Below, piece after piece: positions 46,016 to 55,984 of a DNA stretch of 64,000 nt. The translations under genes and the position numbers were made by a program. Origin of the DNA: Methanocaldococcus indicus. Its GTDB lineage: Archaea > AGJL01 > Methanococci > Methanococcales > Methanocaldococcaceae. A model generated the notes under the pieces. The model had not been told where the DNA came from, did not search any database, and saw only the letters and a list, made by a program, of their open reading frames with translations. The stretch's first letter is position 1. Every line of letters begins with the position of its first letter. The DNA is taken from the NCBI RefSeq assembly GCF_049554935.1, contig NZ_CP186926.1:1088001-1152000 (forward strand), in the 5' to 3' direction.

Positions 46016-49000
46016 TGTATTAGAATTTATAATAAATAAAAGTCCAGTAGTAGATACACAATCAGCCGAAAATTTAATAAATGAACCAGATTCAGTTGCA
46101 GATAAGTATGAAAATCATTTAAAAACCTATATAAAAGTTGATAATGAAGAATTTGATAAGCGATTTGTGAGAGAAATTAAAAAAGGAAAAACTGTAAAAG
46201 GTTATATTTCCGCTCCTTTTGGTTATGGAAAGACAAGTAAAGCATTAAGTTTATGGGAATATTGTAAAAAGAATAACATCTTTTCCATCCCTCCATTTAA
46301 ATTTGATGGAAAGCTTGATACAATAATGGACGCAGTTTATGGATGGACTAGATATGTTTATAAATACAAATATCCTGAATATGTGGACAAAATTGAAAAA
46401 ATTTATAGAAAATATAAAACACTAAGTATAGAAAAAGAAATAGATGAACTGGCAAAAAAAGAACACTTAACGAGAGATGAAGCAAAAAGAATAATTAATA
46501 ATTTCATAGAAAAAGGTAAACTAATTATATCAATGACACCAAAGGACTTGATGAATTTTTTAAAAGAGATGAATGAGATTATAAAAAAACATTTTGATGG
46601 ATTGGCAATTTTTGTAGATGAAGTGCAAGGAATAAAAAATATGGAAACTATTAATAATTTAAGAAACTTTATTTTCGAACTTAGTATTAACAATATAGGA
46701 TTAGGTATTTTATTCATAATTCCTGATTATCAAGAAGAGGACTTAAATATAAGAGCAGGAGATTTAATTGACAGATTACGAAAAGATGGATTTTACTTAA
46801 ATTTAGTAAATATATACAATGTAGATTTTGCAGAAAAATTATGGAAAAAATATGGAGAACTTTTACAATTTAATCCTTATGATATTATAACAAAGGACTG
46901 TTTAAGAAGTATTGGAGAAATATCTTCAAGAGATGATTTAGGAAAAGGTCCAAGAACTGTCATAGGGGCATTTAAATGTGCTTGTATGAAATATAAAGAA
47001 AAATTTGAGCCATACAATGTGTTTGATTTTGTTAATGATATTTTAAATGGTAAAATCGCATACATACAACAAAAATATTTAGATGCTTTAAATGAGGGGC
47101 TATCATTGAAGAAAGTTAATTCCGAAGAAAAAAGAAATGTTATTAAATTATTAGGGGCATTCCCGAGAGGAATAAGTGAAGAAATGATAAAAAAGTATGG
47201 CTTATATGATGAGTATGAAGAACTATCAGATGCTTATTATGGAACTGAGATTGTTTATGCACTTGAGGGATATACTCTAAGAGGATTATTAGACGAAACA
47301 CCAGATGGCTATGTCGAACAGCATATAAGGAAATTTAGAAGTGTATTTGATGAATCTTGGGAGGACGAGATGATTAATGCTTTTATAAATTATATATTAC
47401 CTGAAATTTTCCCAAAGAAAAAAGGATCTCAGATTGTAGGGTGGAGATTTGATAAAAAATACCCAATAAGTAATGGATATTATCACCAACTAACTGGGAC
47501 ATTTAATCCAAAATATCCTTTTAGAATTGTTGGGATATATTCTTTGAGGAAAGAACTTAAAGAAAAAGAAATGACGCTTATTAAAAATTTGGTTAATAAT
47601 GAGTCACCAGATGTTGAATTTAAATTTATATTAGATAAAAACATAGAAAATAACGATTTGATAATTAACTATAAAAATGGAGAAGTTATCTTTAAATTTG
47701 ATGTTTTAAAGAAAGTTGGAGAAGATAAATTACCTGGAGATTTGAAAAAACTTCAACAATATGTTAAACCACAAGAAGTTACGCCAATGTTTATGTTATG
47801 TCTTTTAGATTACTTTGACAAAATAAAAGAAAAAGAAGATGAATATGCAAAGTATGGGGGTGAAATTAATGCATTAAGGTCTATTCTTGTAAGATATTTA
47901 AAAAGATTTTTGTTTTCTGATGAGTTGGCAGAAAAATACGAGTTAAGGAAAAGACAAGAAAAAATAGTCGAAGAAATATTTAATAGAATTTGTGAATATA
48001 AATTTAAAGATTATAGAACATTAATTCATTCTCCAAACTGGCATAGAGATTTAGAGAGATATAGAATTTTATTGGAATCACTTTCAATTTCAAAAAGAAG
48101 GGGTGAAGAATTTGAAACTACTAAAAAAGAACTAGTTTCTAAATTGACTGGAAGTAAGAATCCAAGTGTTGCAGGATTCGATGATGAATGTAAAAATGGA
48201 AAATGGAAGGACTTGATATATTTGGAATATTGGGGTAAAGGAGAAAAAATTAAGGTTAAATTAAAAAAGCATCAACTTGAAGAAAGGATATTAAAAGAAT
48301 TCATTGAAAAATGGACACAACCAATAAGTATTGATGTAATAATTAATTATGGAATTAATTTGGGATACATTCCAGAAGAAGTCGAAGAAATTTTAAAAAT
48401 CCTTGAAAGTAGGAAATACATTGAAATTGATAAAGGATATATATTCAAACTTGAGGAGATAACAAACACTGATGTTTTAAATAAATTTGATGAAATTGAA
48501 AAACTTGCGAAGAAAGTTGCCAATCTTTATAAAAAATATGGAAAAGATATCCCAAACATCCCCATAAAATTATCTAAAAAAGATGAAATTAAGAACCAAA
48601 ATGATTCTGATTTATTATACAAAGAATTAGAACTTTTGGAAAGTTGGGAAAAAACATTAAAAGGATATCATAAGATGATTAAAAATGAAATAGATAAAAA
48701 TAAGGAAGAACTACTAAATGAAATCATAAAAACAAGGGAAAAAACAGAAGGACTAAAAAAGAAAATAGATGACATAAAAGAGGATATTATAAAGACCCAT
48801 TATTCATTAGGGGGAATTGTTAAGCATTTAGAAGAACAAATAAAGATAACAAAAAAGAAATGTAATAAGATATCGAGAGATTTATTGGAATTGAGAGAAA
48901 AAATAAACTCTTCAAGAGATATTGAAACTCTTGCCGAGATTTTAAATATTGCAAATAAAGAAATGGAACGTTTAAGAAAAGAACATACTGACATTAATGA

Positions 49001-49841
49001 AAAATATAATAAATTTAAATCTTGGTTAGCAATTCTTAGAAAATTAGAAGAATTACATGAAAAAATAGATTCCTATAAGGATTATATTGATATTGATGAA
49101 GAATATGAAAGATTTAACGAACTAATAGACGAAATAATAACTAACTTTGCAAGAGATGGGTGGGATTATCTAAACATGGATAAGGACGTTGAAAAAGATA
49201 TAGAATTAATAGAAAAAGACATAAAGAAAAAAGAAAGTAATTTAAGAAACGAATTTAATAAGATTCAAGATGAAATAAAAACAAAAATGGTTATCTTATC
49301 TCAAACACTAAAATCGTTAGATGTTTCTCCGTATTCATACAGAGAAGCATTTAGTATTGAAGATAGAGAGACAGCATACCAAAATCTTGTAAGAAATGTG
49401 AGGTTGTATCTCCAAGAAATTTTAAACAAGTTACATGACTATATTATATCATTAAAAACTGAAGTAGAGGTTAAATTGGGTAATAATGAAAATTATATAA
49501 CTATACTAAAGGAAATAGAAGATAAATTGGACAATATAAATATAGAAATTATAGAAAAAAATAATTTAATAACTGCTGTTGAAGAAATAAAATCAAATAT
49601 ACTTGATATATGGGAAGAAATAGAGAAGACTAGAAAAGAAATAAAAAGAGAAATTATTGAAAAAAATAAATCTGGTAAGTCAGAAGAAGAAATAAAAATA
49701 ATAGAATTATTAAACAAATATGGTGAAATTTCCATTAAAGAACTTACAAAACATTTAAACATGCCTATCGAGGGGACGTTAAAATGTCTATTGAATATGG
49801 AGAATATAGAAATAATTGTAAGGAAAAGATGGAAAAAATAA
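46005..49841 (+). CDS. Large P-loop ATPase with C-terminal coiled coil (BrxC/PglY-like)
   Basis: Walker A APFGYGKT, Walker B IFVDE, DRL arginine-finger-like, GPR sensor-like; long coiled coil; ATG at 46005 follows GGGGAGG. Confidence 0.7.
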   Translation: MNISVLEFIINKSPVVDTQSAENLINEPDSVADKYENHLKTYIKVDNEEFDKRFVREIKKGKTVKGYISAPFGYGKTSKALSLWEYCKKNNIFSIPPFKFDGKLDTIMDAVYGWTRYVYKYKYPEYVDKIEKIYRKYKTLSIEKEIDELAKKEHLTRDEAKRIINNFIEKGKLIISMTPKDLMNFLKEMNEIIKKHFDGLAIFVDEVQGIKNMETINNLRNFIFELSINNIGLGILFIIPDYQEEDLNIRAGDLIDRLRKDGFYLNLVNIYNVDFAEKLWKKYGELLQFNPYDIITKDCLRSIGEISSRDDLGKGPRTVIGAFKCACMKYKEKFEPYNVFDFVNDILNGKIAYIQQKYLDALNEGLSLKKVNSEEKRNVIKLLGAFPRGISEEMIKKYGLYDEYEELSDAYYGTEIVYALEGYTLRGLLDETPDGYVEQHIRKFRSVFDESWEDEMINAFINYILPEIFPKKKGSQIVGWRFDKKYPISNGYYHQLTGTFNPKYPFRIVGIYSLRKELKEKEMTLIKNLVNNESPDVEFKFILDKNIENNDLIINYKNGEVIFKFDVLKKVGEDKLPGDLKKLQQYVKPQEVTPMFMLCLLDYFDKIKEKEDEYAKYGGEINALRSILVRYLKRFLFSDELAEKYELRKRQEKIVEEIFNRICEYKFKDYRTLIHSPNWHRDLERYRILLESLSISKRRGEEFETTKKELVSKLTGSKNPSVAGFDDECKNGKWKDLIYLEYWGKGEKIKVKLKKHQLEERILKEFIEKWTQPISIDVIINYGINLGYIPEEVEEILKILESRKYIEIDKGYIFKLEEITNTDVLNKFDEIEKLAKKVANLYKKYGKDIPNIPIKLSKKDEIKNQNDSDLLYKELELLESWEKTLKGYHKMIKNEIDKNKEELLNEIIKTREKTEGLKKKIDDIKEDIIKTHYSLGGIVKHLEEQIKITKKKCNKISRDLLELREKINSSRDIETLAEILNIANKEMERLRKEHTDINEKYNKFKSWLAILRKLEELHEKIDSYKDYIDIDEEYERFNELIDEIITNFARDGWDYLNMDKDVEKDIELIEKDIKKKESNLRNEFNKIQDEIKTKMVILSQTLKSLDVSPYSYREAFSIEDRETAYQNLVRNVRLYLQEILNKLHDYIISLKTEVEVKLGNNENYITILKEIEDKLDNINIEIIEKNNLITAVEEIKSNILDIWEEIEKTRKEIKREIIEKNKSGKSEEEIKIIELLNKYGEISIKELTKHLNMPIEGTLKCLLNMENIEIIVRKRWKK

Positions 49842-50734
49842 AGACTCCATGTTACTTAAAAATAAAACATAAACTTTCACTTCTATTTTCTGATTTTGAA
49901 GACATCTCCTATAATGATTTCTGGTTAATGGTAGACAACCCAAATAAAAAACTTCCTCAGAAAAAATTTGTTATAACCGATAAATTTGATTATAGATTAC
50001 CTATTTATGAAATAAATCATAATCCTTTTACACCAGAATTAAACAAAATTATTAGTGAAAAATATCATCTAATTGAAAAATATGTTAAGACACAAAGAGA
50101 TATTAAAGATTATATCGTTGATTATGTTAATACCAAAACTCCAAAAACTGTTATTTTGTATCTTATTGATGGACTATCGTATTGGGACTATATAAATGCA
50201 AGCATAAAATATAATGTTGAACCAATATTTGTCAATGGAAAAACAACAACCGAAAATGGGCTTAAAAATATTGTTTATGGAAAAAATGGCATACCTATTG
50301 CAAAAGAACTTTATAAGTTTGGATATAAAGGCTACGGACAAACTTATTGGAATAGAAAAAATAAATTAACAGATATTTTGTTTAGATACATAAGTGAAAA
50401 GAACATTTTTTATTATGATGAAAACATACACGACATAATAGTTAAAAATAAACAATCAAAGAAATATATTCAAATTTATAAAATTGGATTAGATGATGAT
50501 GCACATAAGTTAAGAGAAGTTAGTAAAAAAAGTATAATTAATAAAATAAAAGAAATATTTGAAAATATAAACATCTTAAGAGATATTCTAAATCAAACTA
50601 ATCAGCCTTATCTTATAGTAATTACTGCTGACCATGGTATAAAGTGGGATTTTACAAAAAAATATAGAAAAGGTTCTCATGGAAACATTTCATTTGAGGA
50701 GTGTTTTGTGCCTTTAATTATAATTGAGGGGTAG
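49829..50734 (+). CDS. PglZ-like alkaline-phosphatase-superfamily protein (core domain only)
   Basis: LIDGL, KTTT, DDDAH, ITADHG, SHG.IS.EE..VP motifs in PglZ order. Confidence 0.82.
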   Translation: MEKIKTPCYLKIKHKLSLLFSDFEDISYNDFWLMVDNPNKKLPQKKFVITDKFDYRLPIYEINHNPFTPELNKIISEKYHLIEKYVKTQRDIKDYIVDYVNTKTPKTVILYLIDGLSYWDYINASIKYNVEPIFVNGKTTTENGLKNIVYGKNGIPIAKELYKFGYKGYGQTYWNRKNKLTDILFRYISEKNIFYYDENIHDIIVKNKQSKKYIQIYKIGLDDDAHKLREVSKKSIINKIKEIFENINILRDILNQTNQPYLIVITADHGIKWDFTKKYRKGSHGNISFEECFVPLIIIEG

Positions 50735-50736
50735 CT

Positions 50737-51897
50737 ATGTTATTTATTGGAAGAGAAAAACTAAAAGACAGATTAGGAGATGATGTGTATATAGATGCTT
50801 CAAAATCTCATGCAATTTTTATTTGTGGTAAAAGAGGTAGTGGAAAAAGTTATACTTTAGGTGTTTTAGTTGAAGAACTTCAAGAAAAATACTCCGAGTA
50901 TCTAAAAATTATTATCGACCCAATGGGGATATTTTGGACTATGGTAGAGCCAAATGAAGAACAGGAAGAAGAACTTTGGGATTGGGATTTATATCCAGAA
51001 AGATATCCTGTTAAGTTAATAGTCCCTGGGGAAATAGAGGAAAGATTTGACGAAGATGTTATAAAAGAAATGGAAAATAGGGGAGTAGAATTTAAAAAAC
51101 TTCTTTTGAATCCTTCTGATATCTCAGCAGAAGGATGGTGTGATTTATTCAATTTAAATATAAACGAAATTATGGGAATTGCTTTGTATAGGGCAATTGA
51201 TAATATTGAAAAAGATTTTTTCACAATAGATGATATTATTTATGAGGTTGAGATGGATACAAAATCAAAAGAATCTACAAAAGAAGCATTAATAAATCGT
51301 CTAAACATGGCAAAAAAGTGGGGAATTTTTTCAGATGAATACATTCCAATAGAAAATATTTTTGAAAAAAATTCAATAAATGTTATTGATTTAAGTGTTA
51401 TTGAAAGTGGAAGATATGGGTTAAGAGATTTGATTGTATCAATAATTGCAAAATACTTATTTAATCAACGATTGAAAGCAAGAAAAAAAGAAATGTTAAA
51501 TTTACAATCAAAAATGCCAAAAGTTTGGCTGTTTATTGACGAAGCACATAATTTTATTCCTTCTGGGAAATCAACATTATCAAAAGAAATTCTAATAAGA
51601 TGGGCAAAGGAAGGACGACAGCCTGGGTTAAATTTAGTTATAGCTACTCAACAACCATCAGCAATTGACAATGAAGTTTTAAGTCAATGTGATATAATCT
51701 TTGCTCATAAAGTGACTAATAGAGAAGATATAAATGCATTAAATAAGCTCAATCAAGAGTATATGGGAAAGGAACTAAAAGTATATATTAAAGATTTAAA
51801 TAAAGGAGAATGTGTTTTTATTGATGATGAAAAAGAATTCTTAAAAATTATAAAAATAAGAACAAGAAAAAGTAAACATGGAGGAGGAGAAAAGTAA
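50737..51897 (+). CDS. HerA/FtsK-family ATPase (DUF87)
   Basis: H..I.GKRGSGKSYT, IIDP.G, FIDEAHNF, EGR, ATQQP. Confidence 0.9.
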   Translation: MLFIGREKLKDRLGDDVYIDASKSHAIFICGKRGSGKSYTLGVLVEELQEKYSEYLKIIIDPMGIFWTMVEPNEEQEEELWDWDLYPERYPVKLIVPGEIEERFDEDVIKEMENRGVEFKKLLLNPSDISAEGWCDLFNLNINEIMGIALYRAIDNIEKDFFTIDDIIYEVEMDTKSKESTKEALINRLNMAKKWGIFSDEYIPIENIFEKNSINVIDLSVIESGRYGLRDLIVSIIAKYLFNQRLKARKKEMLNLQSKMPKVWLFIDEAHNFIPSGKSTLSKEILIRWAKEGRQPGLNLVIATQQPSAIDNEVLSQCDIIFAHKVTNREDINALNKLNQEYMGKELKVYIKDLNKGECVFIDDEKEFLKIIKIRTRKSKHGGGEK

Positions 51898-52175
51898 AAA
51901 TATGAAATTATTTATAGAAAAACAGGAATTAACAAAATTTTATTAATTTTAGGAATGGAGTTAAATAGTATTTATCACATATAGTCAATACTGACAATAA
52001 ATAATAACCTAAATGATAATTATAAAGTATTTGAATAAAAAAATAATAAAATATAAGACTCAATACGGCTCATAAAATAAATAAAATCCTAAATGAAATT
52101 CTGTTCTGTATTATTTATGTCCTTTCTCAGTTTTATACTAACAGTGCATATTATTATCATCTGTTTTTTATTGAT

Positions 52176-52218
52176 TTATAAATATATGCTATTATTTTAA
52201 TATATTGTCTTGTATTTT
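52176..52218 (+). repeat. 43-bp direct repeat, right boundary of island; contains the last codons and stop of the pilin-like gene
   Basis: Identical to 40606-40648. Confidence 0.9.
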
Positions 52219-52413
52219 CTTTGTAATGTTCATTGTTTTATTATTTAGTGCAGATACTACATTATTAACTGATTCATCAACTTGTTTCCAAGTATCTCTA
52301 ACTTCCTTTATATAGAAGTATGCTGCAATTGTAGAAACTACTACTGCTGCTAAAATTAATATTGCTAACTCCATAGAAATCTGTCCTCTTTCAGAATATA
52401 CTTTATTTATCAC
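52192..52413 (-). CDS. Class III signal peptide (type IV pilin-like) protein
   Basis: RG/QISME cleavage motif followed by a hydrophobic helix. Confidence 0.85.
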   Translation of the reverse strand: MINKVYSERGQISMELAILILAAVVVSTIAAYFYIKEVRDTWKQVDESVNNVVSALNNKTMNITKKIQDNILK

Positions 52414-52504
52414 GTAAATCCTAACCTCTTAGAATTTTGTTACTAAATACTTAACCAACTAAATTATATTGTATACTATATTAATTATTATCCTTTGTGA
52501 GAGT

Positions 52505-53152
52505 ATGGAGATTGGATTAAGTGTATTAGCAGAGAACAAAGTTGGAGTTTTACATAAATTAACTGGAGTAATTGCAAAATTAGGAGGTAATATTTTATAT
52601 ACTCAACAGTTTATAACCTCTGAAAATTATGGATTTATATATATGGAAGTTGAGGATATAGATATAGAGCAATTAAAAAAAGAACTTGATAAATGCAACT
52701 ACATTAAGGAGTATGAGATTCACAATACACTAAAAAAGATATTTGGGAAGAGAATAATTATTATTGGTGGAGGGGCACAAGTTGCAGAAGTGGCTAAGGG
52801 AGCTATAAGTGAAGCAGATAGACATAACATAAGAGGAGAAAGAATAAGTGTAGATACACTACCAATAGTTGGAGAGGAGAATATTGCTGAAGCAGTTGAA
52901 GCTGTTTTAAAACTTCCAAGAGTTGGAATTTTAGTTTTAGCTGGCTCATTAATGGGAGGAAAAATAACAGAAGCTGTTAGAAAAGTAAAAAGTAAGGGAA
53001 TTCCAATAATTAGCTTAAAAATGTTTGGTTCTGTCCCAAAAGAAGCTGATTTAGTTGTTGGAGACCCAATTCAGGCAGGCGTTTTGGCAGCTATGGCAAT
53101 AGCTAAAACAGCTAAATTTGATATAAATAAAGTTAGAGGGAAAGTTTTATAA
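52505..53152 (+). CDS. ACT-domain protein (DUF5612-like)
   Basis: N-terminal ACT (NKVGVL..LT..IA...GNI), GGGAQVA, RHNIRGERISVDT. Confidence 0.8.
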   Translation: MEIGLSVLAENKVGVLHKLTGVIAKLGGNILYTQQFITSENYGFIYMEVEDIDIEQLKKELDKCNYIKEYEIHNTLKKIFGKRIIIIGGGAQVAEVAKGAISEADRHNIRGERISVDTLPIVGEENIAEAVEAVLKLPRVGILVLAGSLMGGKITEAVRKVKSKGIPIISLKMFGSVPKEADLVVGDPIQAGVLAAMAIAKTAKFDINKVRGKVL

Positions 53153-53315
53153 ATTTATAAATTATAAATTTATAAAAGTTATACTCTTAGTTCTAACTAT
53201 TAAAATACAGCTGAGATTTTAATATGAGAACATTAGTTAATGTCCTAATAGAATAGTATTTAAATAATAAATAACTAATAACTAATCTATCATTAATTGT
53301 AATGAAAAAATCTCA

Positions 53316-53870
53316 ATGTATATTTTAGCTTGTTATGGGATTTGTATGGTAGATGTTCCTGTTGAAGTGGCAATGAATAAACCAATGTTTGTAAAATATA
53401 ATAAGCCAATTGATGAATTAATCAACCTAATGGTAAAAAATTTAAAAAATTTTGCTATTTTATTGGATGAAAACAATAATCCTGTTGGTATTGTTACTGT
53501 AACTGATATTATAAGGTATCTTATATTAGAAAAAGGAGATAGAAAAGCACCTGCTTATACTATTGCTACTAAAAAATTAATAACAATAACTCCAGATACT
53601 TCAATAGAAAAAGCTTTAGAAATAATGAAAAAACATAAAATTTCAAAGTTACCAATAGTTAAGGATGGGAAAATAATAGGAATAGTTACAGAGAATGAGC
53701 TTATAGAAATTTTACCATACATATTAGATTCTCTAAAAGAGCTTGTAGATTATCTAAATGATATTATATCAGAAGAGTTAAAAGAAGAAGATTCTAAAGA
53801 CAAAAGTCATCTCCAAAAAGATGAAAGCAATAAACAAATATCATCAAAAATAACTGTTAAAAATAAATAA
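53316..53870 (+). CDS. CBS domain pair protein
   Basis: VGIVT.TD and LPIV...IGIVT CBS motifs. Confidence 0.85.
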   Translation: MYILACYGICMVDVPVEVAMNKPMFVKYNKPIDELINLMVKNLKNFAILLDENNNPVGIVTVTDIIRYLILEKGDRKAPAYTIATKKLITITPDTSIEKALEIMKKHKISKLPIVKDGKIIGIVTENELIEILPYILDSLKELVDYLNDIISEELKEEDSKDKSHLQKDESNKQISSKITVKNK

Positions 53871-53884
53871 TTTTTAAATTAAAT

Positions 53885-54280
53885 TTACTCAATAATTTCA
53901 ATTGCTTTAAATGGACATGCTTTTAAGCAATTTTTACAACCTACACATTTCTCATAATCAAATTCAACACTAAAATCTTCTTTGAAATATATTAAATCAA
54001 ATGGACATTGGGTTATACAAGCTCCACAATGAACACATTTCTCTAAGTCTCTTTTAATAACATTTTTTATTTCTTCTAACTCACCATATTTAGATAAATA
54101 TTCTAAAGCTTTTTTTATAGTTTCTTCATCTCCAATAATTTCTAAAATTAAAAATGCTTCTTGAGGTTCAACTTTTGCCTTTAAAATATTTATTTTAGCT
54201 CCTGTCTCCAATATAGTCTCTGCAATAACTGGCCTACTTATATATTTTGAATCTGTCCAGTAGTATATTCTCTTTTTCAT
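53885..54280 (-). CDS. NIL-domain 2x[4Fe-4S] ferredoxin (homocysteine synthesis partner)
   Basis: CVHCGACITQCP, CVGCKNCLKACP; adjacent to the DUF39-CBS gene. Confidence 0.88.
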   Translation of the reverse strand: MKKRIYYWTDSKYISRPVIAETILETGAKINILKAKVEPQEAFLILEIIGDEETIKKALEYLSKYGELEEIKNVIKRDLEKCVHCGACITQCPFDLIYFKEDFSVEFDYEKCVGCKNCLKACPFKAIEIIE

Positions 54281-54283
54281 ATC

Positions 54284-55801
54284 TTATCTACCTATTAATC
54301 TTGATAAATCTTCTGATGTAACTATACCAACAACTCTGTTATTTTTATCTACAACTGGAATTCCAGATATTGAGTATTTTTCCATCTTTTTAGCTACTAT
54401 CTCAACTGGGTCTGTTTCTTTGGCAGTTATTACATTTATAGTCATTATTTCATCAATTGACTTCTTACCCAATGCTATGGCCTTAGCTATATCCCAAGAT
54501 GTAACAATTCCTAATAAAATACCATTTTCATCTACAATAGGAAGATGGTTAATATCATATTTCATTAATATTCTTGAAGCTTCTTCAATAGATATATGTG
54601 GTTTAGCAGTTATAGCTGGTTTTGTCATTATATCTCTAACTAAGATAACATCAGATTTCATTGGCTTACATTCTCCCTTTCCTAATGGTGCTACTCTTTC
54701 AGTTAATAAAAACTTTCCTTCCAATATCCATTTTTTTAATTCTTCTGCTACTTCTTTGGCTTTTTTATAGCTTGAAACTGAACCAGTTTTTATCTCTTTA
54801 AGAACTTTTTTGTTATCTATCTCTACCTCTAAACAAATCTTTCCACTTCTTAAATCTTTATATGTTGTTTTTCCAATTAATGGTCTTTCTCTTCTTGGAA
54901 CTCCATAGTCATATATAGGAACTTCAATATCCTCATCCCTTATAGCACATCTTTTGGCTATTTCTTCATTTAGAACAGGAATTGGAATCCCTAAACCAAT
55001 ATACAATGTTGGTCCATACATAGGCATTGTAGCTGCTCTTAAAAATTTATCACTTATCTCTTTTAAATTACCTTTAACCATTAAAGTTCCAAATGGAGGA
55101 TTATGTTGTGTTCCTTCTCCAACTATATACCCTACTCCTCCACCCAAGAATATTTTAGTCCCTATTCCTATTGTATTGTAACTGTTAGTTTTTGGATTAT
55201 AGTCATTTTGTAGAGGATTTAATTGTCCAGCTCCTGAGTAGTGTATATTTCCAAATTCAGGTAAGAGAACTCCCATATAAGTATAAATCTTCTCTTCTCT
55301 ACTGTTTGTAGCAGCAGCATAGGTTTGGTAGCAGTTCCTTGGATTTAACATAATTGCCTGATTTACATCATCTAAGGTAATTCTGATATTTATCTCCTTT
55401 CTTGGATAACAGTCAGTTGTATATCCTTCTGCATATAGCTCTATTTCTTTTCCTCTTACCAAATCTTCTATTACATGAGCTCCTCCATAATCTATATCAA
55501 TATCAGGGTCTTCATTTGGTTGAGCAGCTCCAATATATGTATCTACTGCTGCTAATCCACCATAAGCTAAAACATTATTTAGATAGATATTTAGCATTTT
55601 AATTGGAGGGTCTGCATGCCCAAAATTAAGAAAAACCCCTGATGAGCACATAGCTCCAAATGTTCCAGTGGTAACTACATCTACATACTCAGCTGCTTTT
55701 TTTGCCCCTTCTTCTTCAACAATTTTAATCATTTCCTCAGCAGTAACAACAACAGCCTCTCCTTTCTTAATTTTTTCATTTATTTGTTTTATTGTTTTCA
55801 T
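54284..55801 (-). CDS. Aspartate-semialdehyde sulfurtransferase (DUF39 + CBS; homocysteine biosynthesis)
   Basis: DVVTTGTFGAMCSSG, RNCYQ, TYMG; C-terminal CBS pair. Confidence 0.9.
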   Translation of the reverse strand: MKTIKQINEKIKKGEAVVVTAEEMIKIVEEEGAKKAAEYVDVVTTGTFGAMCSSGVFLNFGHADPPIKMLNIYLNNVLAYGGLAAVDTYIGAAQPNEDPDIDIDYGGAHVIEDLVRGKEIELYAEGYTTDCYPRKEINIRITLDDVNQAIMLNPRNCYQTYAAATNSREEKIYTYMGVLLPEFGNIHYSGAGQLNPLQNDYNPKTNSYNTIGIGTKIFLGGGVGYIVGEGTQHNPPFGTLMVKGNLKEISDKFLRAATMPMYGPTLYIGLGIPIPVLNEEIAKRCAIRDEDIEVPIYDYGVPRRERPLIGKTTYKDLRSGKICLEVEIDNKKVLKEIKTGSVSSYKKAKEVAEELKKWILEGKFLLTERVAPLGKGECKPMKSDVILVRDIMTKPAITAKPHISIEEASRILMKYDINHLPIVDENGILLGIVTSWDIAKAIALGKKSIDEIMTINVITAKETDPVEIVAKKMEKYSISGIPVVDKNNRVVGIVTSEDLSRLIGR

Positions 55802-55984
55802 AAAAAAATCCCTTTTCTTTTTTTGGTAAATTTATGTTTTGTTTTAAAAGTAATATTTAAAAGCTACTACTATTTAATTTGAATATATGGATATAAAATA
55901 GAACAAACTTGAATTTTATAATTAAGATTGTAAGCACAAAATAATTTTAGTCCTCTAAGTGATACGATTTTAACAATAAAAAAG

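Larger units (their letters stand above)
40649..52175. mobile_element. Genomic (defence) island inserted at the 3' end of a pilin-like gene
   Basis: Bounded by 43-bp direct repeats; contains transposase remnants and non-housekeeping genes; visibly more CG dinucleotides than the flanks; no integrase seen. Confidence 0.8.

Noticed and set aside
50737-51897. Interpretation as housekeeping HerA of the HerA-NurA-Mre11-Rad50 repair operon, or as a conjugative VirB4
   Set aside because: No N-terminal HAS barrel, and no nurA/mre11/rad50 or conjugation genes nearby
53145-53177. 33-bp all-AT palindrome TTTTATAAATTTATAA-A-TTATAAATTTATAAAA
   Set aside because: Low-complexity, probably slippage-derived; no further evidence of function
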